This document shows, piece after piece, positions 55,639 through 64,000 of a stretch of 64,000 nt of DNA. Under the pieces are notes generated by a model. The model searched no databases and was not told where the DNA came from. It worked only from the letters and a program-made list of their open reading frames with translations. The stretch is from Octopus vulgaris (lineage: Eukaryota), in assembly GCA_951406725.2 (NCBI GenBank), contig OX597817.1, positions 14,322,001 through 14,386,000 of the forward strand, read 5' to 3'. The position numbers and the translations under genes were made by a program. Each line of letters begins with the position of its first letter. Position 1 is the stretch's first letter.

Positions 55639-55823
55639 GGGAAAGGCCGGTTTATGGGATTACCTTAGGTTTGCCGTCCATAAAAGGTTTAGCTTTATGG
55701 CGTATCGTCAGATCTTAGAGGTCATCGGCCAACAGGTTTTCGGGATGTGAAGATACGCCATAAAGCTAAACCCTCTATGGACGGGAAACCTAAGGTAATC
55801 CCATAATCTGGCTTTCTCCATTT
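55636..55823. repeat. Inverted repeat (~75-bp arms) abutting (TA)n
   Basis: TTATGGGATTACCTTAGGTTT..TTTAGCTTTATGGCGTATC / GATACGCCATAAAGCTAAA..AAACCTAAGGTAATCCCATAA. Confidence 0.85.
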
Positions 55824-56370
55824 TAAATATATTCTGCTGTACAACTTAGTGTGCTCCTTTCGGATTTATGTTTTTTACAAACGATCCTTTTCTCGCTCCC
55901 TAGCCAGAGTGTTTTAAAGAGACCACGTGATTTATGTCGGTCCGAGGTTATAGTAGAAGACACTTGCCCAGGGTTGCCACGCAGCAGGACTGAACCCGGA
56001 GCCATATGATTAAGCAGCAAGTTTCTTACCACACAACCACACCTACGCCTATGTTTGATCCCTTTATGACTTTTTTGCATTACATTTCAGACTATGCTAG
56101 CACCATCTCAGACCAATCCAATGATTTCCGAAAGATACGATTTTCTTCTTCCTTTCACACACACGCACACACATACATACATACATACATACATACACAC
56201 ATACACATGCATGCATGCATGCATGCATGCATGCATACATACATACATACATACATACATACATACATACATACATACATACATACATACATACATACAT
56301 ACATACATACATACATACATACATACATACATACATACATACATACATACATACATACATACATACATAC

Positions 56371-56602
56371 CTATTTCTTTACTACCCACAAGGGGCTAAA
56401 CACAGAGAGGACAAACAAGGACAGACACACGGATTATGTCGATTATATCGATCCCAGTGCGTAACTGGTACTTATTTAATCGACCCCGAAAGGATGAAAG
56501 GTAAAGTCAACCTCGGCGGAATTTGAACTCAGAATGTAACGGCAGACGAAATACAGCTACGCATTTCGCCCGGCGTGCTAACGTATCTGCCAGCTCGCCG
56601 CC
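56371..56602 (-). mobile_element. SINE-A copy at the end of a (CATA)n tract
   Basis: Full-length family A. Confidence 0.9.
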
Positions 56603-57439
56603 TTTTTATATACATACATATATACCACGTACTCCTTGGGTTGTGCTATAAGTATTTGAGTACTTCACAGATACTTGCACTCGTACTATAAAACTCATTC
56701 AAACTTGGTGTAACACCAGGGCTGTTTCAGCAGCATTATAAGCCTTCGGGCAAATCAAAGTACTTAGTCTCCTTATATGAAATAGAGAGTGAAGTGGAGG
56801 AATGAAAATAGATGTGAGATATGCTGGGATATTGCATTTGTAGAGCCATTATTTAGACAGAATGGTATACATATAAGATTCCAATACCTTGTGAGTAAAT
56901 TCCAATAGTATTTAAAATTGGTTATTCCAAGTATAGAGTTTGTACACAGTGCTATTGAACCGAGGGCTTATTTAAAGTGACCTAAAAGTAGGGAATGCAT
57001 TAGTAAGGTCAAATCGAAAACAGGAAGATAGGAATAAAGAAAAAAAGAAAAGAAAGCAAAGAGAGAGATAGTAAAGAGATGAAGAGAGGGGAAAGTGTAC
57101 CAGTTAGTGGTCAGTCAAGATAAATTGATAGTAGGAATGGAGAGGTGAGGGTAATAGAGAGAGAAAGATATGAGAGTGTAAAAAGATGATAGGGTAAAGA
57201 GTAAAAGAGTGTCAGATAGAAGGAATGGGGGTAAGAGATAGAGGTATAATAGTGTAAAAAGAAAAGGAGTGTCAGGTATGTAGTGATAGAGCCTAAGTGA
57301 TGGGGCAGAGAGAGGGGATATGGGTAGTAATATGGTGGAATGAAGGATTTGGGAATATAGATTAGGTTGGTTGGACAGGTCAGTGCTTAGTAGTAGAAGA
57401 AAATATATATGTGAAGATGTATACAGATGCATATATTAA

Positions 57440-57523
<84 letters not shown>

Positions 57524-57619
57524 CGGGAAGCTTTATGAAAATAAACAAAAGACGAAGGCAGGTGGAGTACAAACAAACAATTGTATTAGTATGGCGCTCA
57601 GGAGTATAAATAAAACAAG

Positions 57620-57657
57620 TCTTTTACGTTTCGAGCCTACGCTCTTCAACAGAAAGA
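57620..57657 (-). ncRNA. Ultra-minimal hammerhead-like motif (core variant CUGUUGA)
   Basis: UCUUU-CUGUUGA-A-GAGC-GUAG-GCUC-GAAAC-GUA-AAAGA, within a ~210-bp insert directly after (TA)n. Confidence 0.62.
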
Positions 57658-58383
57658 TACACAGAAAAGAAACACGGAGAGAAACAAGGAGAGAAAAAAA
57701 TGCGTGCAGAAGCTAGCGAATCAACATGGCGATATATTACAGATATTCATACATATCAATAAATGTATTATTGTGAATTTCTGGAGTTATCTCATTTTTT
57801 CCAGAAAATTGTTTATAAAAATTTAACTTTGATCATTTTCACCCAGTCAGGAAACAGGATTTGGAAGCTGTCATTTAATGCGTGACTGCACATTTTGTCG
57901 TCAGCATCCTAAAGATAGCACGTATTGTCAATATTTGTAAACAACACGTGTTATGACTCCGGTAATTTTCTTTCATGCACATAAATCTTATTTAGCTGTT
58001 ATTTTTAGCACTCCTCACAACCACCAGTGATAAACAACACGTTACATGCAATAAACGCATTACAATTTTTAACAGAAAGATTCGGAAGAATTTGATGAAA
58101 GTTTTCCGATAATTTTCTGTCATGTAAGTACGTAAATGTCTATGTTAATTTAGAAAAGAAAACCAGTTTTAAATCTCTGAGCGAGATGTTAGCAAATAAA
58201 CTTTAATTGAAAAGATTTATCCAGAAAAATCTTATTTAGCAGTTATTTTTAGCACACCTCACAACCACCTCAATGCTCAATGACAAAAAGAAACGAGTAA
58301 ACAAACATTTAATCATTCAATATACATTTAATGCAAATGCGATGAACAACACGTTACGTACGATAAACACATTACAATTCAAA

Positions 58384-58852
58384 GGCGGCGAGCTGGCAGA
58401 AACGTTAGCACGCCGGGCGAAATGCCTAGCCGTATTTCGTCTGTCGTTACGTTGTGAGTTCAAATTCCGCCGAGGTCGACTTTGCCTTTCATCGATAAAT
58501 AAAGTACCAGTTTCCCACTGGGGTCGATGTAATCGACTTAAACCCTTTGCCTGTCCTTGTTTGTCCCCTCTATGTTTAGCCCCTTGTGGGCAATAGAGAA
58601 ATATAGATATATATATCAAGATCGGCAAGCTGGCAGAAACGTTAGCACGCCGGGCGAAATGCGTAGCCGTATTTCGTCTGTCGTTACGTTCTGAGTTCAA
58701 ATTCCGCCGAGGTCGACTTTGCCTTTCATCCTTTCTGGGTCGATAAATAAAGTACCAGTTTCCCACTGGGGTCGATGTAATCGACTTAAACCCTTTGTCT
58801 GTCCTTGTTTGTCCCCTCTATATGTTTAGCGCCTTGTGGGCAGTAAAGAAAT
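58384..58852 (+). mobile_element. Two tandem SINE-A copies inside one TSD
   Basis: ACATTACAATTCAAA is duplicated at the flanks. Confidence 0.88.
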
Positions 58853-58881
58853 ACATTACAATTCAAATGTTTAATTATAAT

Positions 58882-59390
58882 TTAAATATGCTTAAAATAC
58901 AAACATTTAAGCAGCGAGCATCGCCAGTACATGATCCCACCACATCTCTTCGTACACATAACATGCCTCTTTTTACATAAACTTCTTTTGGGTATAACAT
59001 TCTTTTCTTGAAGGTACGACACAATATCCTCCTCTGTTTTCAATTTTTCCATACTAGAAGCGAAGTTACTGGAGATTGCTGCTATAATCACACACAACAT
59101 AGAACACAGCGTCATATTTGTCAACACGTGCTTCCTTGCAGATAGAAGTCTTTTCAAAGACTGTTACTATGGCAACAGGCAAAAGCGTTCTCACGTTCCA
59201 CTTCTTACTATCGAAACAGCCATGAATGTATCTGAGGCTTACGATTGGCTAAAATTACATAAATTTTCAAACTTTAATTACTAATAACTCTTTATTTTAG
59301 CGAAAATTCGAATAGAAAATTGACGCTGGCAGTCAAACAGAAAAGATCTCTTTTGTACCTTTCGGTTGTAAATTGCGAATAACCACCTTA
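58882..59390 (-). mobile_element. Possible 5' fragment of a Merlin/IS1595-type transposon
   Basis: MEKLKTEEDIVSYLQEKNVIPKRSLCKKRHVMCTKRCGGIMYWRCSLLKC resembles the N-terminal Zn-ribbon of IS1595-family transposases; no DDE domain seen. Confidence 0.4.
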
Positions 59391-59399
59391 ATAATAATG

Positions 59400-59438
<39 letters not shown>

Positions 59439-59899
59439 TATAAATATATATATATATGCGGTGTCAGCGACAGTACTACAGTACTACGGTCTCCTGTGAT
59501 ACAACTACTTTAAGTAAGATATAATGTCGCCATATATACATACATGCGCAGGAGTGGCTATGTGGTAAGTAGCTTGCATACAAACTACATGGTTTCGGGT
59601 TCAGTCCCACTGCGTGGCACCTTGGGCAAGTGTCTTCTACTATAACCTAGGGCCGACCAAAGCCTTGTGAGTGGATATGGTAGACAGAAACTGAAAGAAG
59701 CCCATCGTATATGCATATATATATATATGTATGTGTGTGTCTTTCGGAAACCAGGAGTCAGTAATCGAGCCCTGACGATAGCTTGAACAATAGTCAAAAC
59801 TAATCTATTAGCTCTCTTTTCTCTCTTTTTCCTTCTCTCACTCTTTTTTTCACCCTCTCATTCCCTGTTTCCCTCTCTTTCTGTCTCTCCCTCTCTCCC

Positions 59900-59930
<31 letters not shown>

Positions 59931-60075
59931 GGATTCTATTTCACGGATTCTAATTCACATCGCGGCTCTGTTAGTCCGTGTGTGTGTATGTGTGTGTGTG
60001 TATGTGTGTGTGTGTGTATGTGTGTGTGTGTACGTGTGTGTGTGTATGTGTGTGTATGTGTGTGTGTGTATGTGT

Positions 60076-60116
<41 letters not shown>

Positions 60117-62051
60117 TGTATGTGTGTGTGTATATATGTGTGTGTATGTGTGTGTATGTGTGTGTGTATGTGTGTGTATGTATGTGTGTGTGTGTATGTG
60201 TGTGTATGTGTGTGCGTGTACTTGTCTGACTATATGTATGCGCGTGCGTGTGCATGAGTGCGTGAGCTGGCGCGCGTGCACAACATGTCTAAAATGTACA
60301 TAAGTATATCTGCGTGTATTTGAGAATGTTCCAATGAAAAACAAAAACAAAAACTTAATTAAACCGGTGGCAGATGGAAATTATGTCAACCTCCTGTTAT
60401 TAATACTAGTTAGCTGTGTTATTTTACGGGTGTATAAAAGGAATTATCTTGTTATCAACCGGATGCCAATGGTAGCTTGTTTTTCCTATGCATATTACAT
60501 GTCAAACTAACTATTTACCTGACAGTTGCCAATCAGTCGAGAACACTTGCTAACTAAGCTGTTGGTGTGTCTTAAAGTCCTAATAAAAATATATAGGATT
60601 ACGAATTATCAACTGAAAAGTCAGTGATTCCGACATCTTTGTTTTTGCTTTTGTTCTGATGGTTTATTTTTCGTTACATTGTTGGGATAGTCAGAGTAGA
60701 AGAAACCGAGCACGCTCATACGCTTTGTTATTGTATAAAACATTATTTGGGATTGTCTCGTGCTTCGCTTTCTTTTATTTATTTCTCTCTCTCATTCTTT
60801 TATTTTTACCGTTATTTGTTTATTTATTGTTCTTTCACCGTGATATGCCTATAGTGAGGTGTTTGTGACAGGCTAAGTTTAATCATGACAACCTATAGCA
60901 TTGCGCTTTGGCCTGAACGTACATCGGTCGTCGCGTTGGCGTGTGCAGAGTTAACGACACTTTGACGGCTAACAGACGCCAGGGGTGTCCACCTGCTTGG
61001 AAGGAAAAGGTCGACAGGAAGCGCACTGCTGCCGACAAGCGTCACTGGAGATTCAATCCGGTCGGTCAATCCACCAGCCTATGTTTCGTACACGTGCCGA
61101 GTCCCGTTACCCATATTTTGCATGACTATTCTCCTTAGAATCACAGTAACTGATAGCCTGATGCTAGCAAATTCAGACTTATCCATATTAGTCTTCATCA
61201 GTATCAAAACTCCGCGACTATGTCTTTCTAACGCTGAAACAGTGGATGACCCCCTGCAGCCATTAACAAAACGCATGATATACATTACATCGACGCCAGC
61301 TGATAGTTAAAATCAGCCAATCAGTAAAGATAAGCTAGATTGGTGCTAATGCAGCGCAGATTTCATTTCATAAAATGACTTGCAAGTTTTAACGACAGGA
61401 TATTGCACTCTGAATACCAGAGCCGAAATCTCTGTCAGGGAAATGCAATTAATTGCTGATATTATTATGTTTCACTATGTTCAACAACGTCAATTAATAC
61501 TGTTTTATAATTATTATTATTTTTATTCTTCATCTTCGTTTTTTTGGGTTTTTTTTTTTGTTTACAGACTTCCTTAAAGACTTTTTTTCTTTTTAGAGAG
61601 ATTTACATCCATTGAATGAGTGGAGGAAATGTGATCGACTTTACAGTTCAGAAATAAACCTTTGTTTCTAGTAAACTTTCCGAAGTTATGCGATTAGTAC
61701 CAGTAATACTCTATGATAAATTATTGTCGTTGCTGACAGAATCGTTACGACGCCGAGCAAAATGTTTAGCGACACTTTGTCCATCTTTATGTTCTGAGTT
61801 CAATTGCCACCGGTGTTGACTTTGCCTTTCATCCTTTCGGGGTCGATAAAATAAGTACCAGTTGAGCACTGGGATCGTTGTAATCGACTTACCTCCACCT
61901 TTGAAATTGCTGGCTTTGTGCCAAAATTTGAAACCAATTATTGTTGATGTTGCTATTGTTGTTGTTCAGCCATAGGTAGACTTATGATCCAATGCATTCC
62001 AACTAATCGTCCCATCCTTTGCTCGAATATTTTATACCTAGGGCTATACTG

Positions 62052-62493
62052 GGATCTTTTCCTTTTGAAGGCCAGATTTCAACACAATTTCTAGTTAACT
62101 AAACACTTTAAAACTTCGTATACTGGTAGAATGTGTCAAGAGAAAACATTATTTTCACTTGGCTTTCTTGATAAATTTTGAGACAACATCCTGTAACTAA
62201 CTCTCACCCTCCCCCTAACCCTAAACCTAATTTTTTTTTTCTTAATTGTTAAATTAATTTAATTGTTACGCGTGTAAAAAAAAAACTAAAGCAATGGAAA
62301 ATAATTTAAACAATTTAGGTTTAGGGTTAGGGGGAGGGTGAGGGTTAGTTACAGGATGTTGTCTCAAAATTTATCAAGAAAGCCAAGTGAAAATAATGTT
62401 TTCTTTTGACACATTCTACCAGTATACGAAGATTTAAAGTGTTTAGTTAACTAGAAATTGTGTTGAAATCTGGCCTTCAAAAGGAAAAGATCC
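62052..62493. mobile_element. Long-TIR MITE (~180-bp arms) with telomere-like inner repeats
   Basis: GGATCTTTTCCTTTTGAAGGCC...GGCCTTCAAAAGGAAAAGATCC; CTATACTG duplicated at 62044-62051 and 62494-62501; inner arm ends are CCCTAACCCTAAACCTAA / TTAGGTTTAGGGTTAGGG. Confidence 0.9.
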
Positions 62494-62910
62494 CTATACT
62501 GTTCAATGCGACCCATATTTAAGACCTAAGGGTGAAATTTGAAGGTCGCTTGGTAAATATTTTCAGTAGATTCCGCGACAATGTATAACATCCTTTGTTA
62601 GCCCGTGTTTATGCGTTGACTCGATAAATGATCGAACGAATTGATGTAGGGGTAACAGATTATGAAATCAGGGGATGAAACCCTCAATTTGCTTCATGCA
62701 GCAGACAATGGCATATAATCGTGTCACTTCATCAAAATGCTAGCTTATTCTACAAACTTGGTGATCTAGACGATATTACCATAATGCATTATATTAAGGC
62801 TTATCACATTTCCATGATTCAACCATTTGTATTGTATCAAACTACAACAGTGAAAATACTAAGTTGACCAGGGAGAGAAAAAAAAAAGGATTTTAACATG
62901 TTTTAACATA

Positions 62911-63080
62911 GGCGCAGGAGTGGCTGTGTGGTAAGTAGCTTGCTAACCAACCACATGGTTCCGGGTTCAGTCCCACTACGTGGCATCTTGGGCAAGTGTC
63001 TTCTGCTATAGCCCCGGGCCAACCAAGCCTTGTGAGTGGATTTGGTAGACGGAAACTGAAAGAAGCCTGTCGTATATATG

Positions 63081-63111
<31 letters not shown>

Positions 63112-63333
63112 GTGTGTCTGTGTTTGTCCCCCTAGCATTGCTTGACAACCGATGCTGGTGTGTTTACGTCCCCGTCACTTAGCGGTTCGGCAAAACAGAC
63201 CGATAGAATAAGTACTGGGCTTACAAAGAATAAGTCCCGGGGTCGATTTGCTCGATCGACTAAAGGCGGTGCTCCAGCATGGCCGCAGTCAAATGACTGA
63301 AACAAGTAAAAGAATAAAAGAAAAAAGAAAAGA
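62911..63333 (+). mobile_element. SINE-B copy
   Basis: Full-length family B. Confidence 0.9.
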
Positions 63334-63783
63334 ATGTTAATATTATATGAAGATTGATGTACAAATATAAAAAATGATTGAGTGTAAATATCAACTAATC
63401 AAATTAAAATACTAATATTGATATACTGTCAAAAAATATTATCTTTTCTCTTTTCATTGTCATTAACAGATATATAATATCCCATATACTCATTTTTTCT
63501 TTTTTCTCTTTTAAACAGCCATATTGAGTTGGTCATGCGGCAAGTATGTAACGAAGAGATCAGTGACAACAGCACTTTATGATTATCAATGGGTAGATTA
63601 AGCATTTTAAATTAAAAATCTATAACATTAAGTATTCCATAAAGACGATAACTGAGCAGATAAGTTAATGGATTACTTTCCCATAGATTGTGAGTTCGAA
63701 TCCGCTGCTGGAATTTCGCGGTATTTTTTTTTTTTTTTAATAGAATGCTTTATTGGTCGGTTCACCCTGCAATCGTGAATAGA

Positions 63784-64000
63784 GTGGAGGCGCAATGGTC
63801 CAGTAGTTAGGGCAGCGGACTCGCGGTCATAGGATCGCGGTTTCGATTCCCAGACCGGGCATTGTGAGTGTTTATTGAGCGAAAACACCTAAAGCTCCAC
63901 GAGGCTCCGGCAGGGGATGGTGGTGATCCCTGCTGTACTCTTTCACCACAACTTTCTCTCACTCTTACTTCCTGTTTCTGTTGTACCTGTATTTCAAAGG
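63784..64000 (+). mobile_element. SINE-D copy, cut by the window edge
   Basis: Near-identical to the reverse complement of 25876-26092. Confidence 0.9.

Overview
AT-rich eukaryotic (animal) DNA with no host protein-coding gene, tRNA gene or intact rRNA gene that I can support. The SINE families and microsatellite density resemble an octopus/cephalopod genome; this is inference from recalled repeat families, not a database result. Most long ORFs in the track are microsatellite translation artefacts. The window is a mosaic of four or five tRNA-headed SINE families, one 5S rRNA-derived element, non-LTR fragments (three R4/Dong-type, one RTE, one CR1, one ORF1-only), decayed DNA transposons (Chapaev3, two hAT, mariner, possible Merlin) and several MITEs. 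Four signals stand out. (1) Six short elements of unrelated sequence each carry a minimal hammerhead ribozyme fold; three are foldbacks and five sit in or beside (TA)n tracts. (2) Two R4/Dong-type retrotransposons sit in (TACA)n tracts and share a conserved 39-nt 3' UTR hairpin, while a third sits in (TAA)n. (3) A small non-coding LTR element has a tRNA-Ser-type PBS and a PPT (TRIM-like). (4) One SINE repeatedly forms head-to-tail multimers with the same junction. All coordinates were read by eye and may be off by a few bases.
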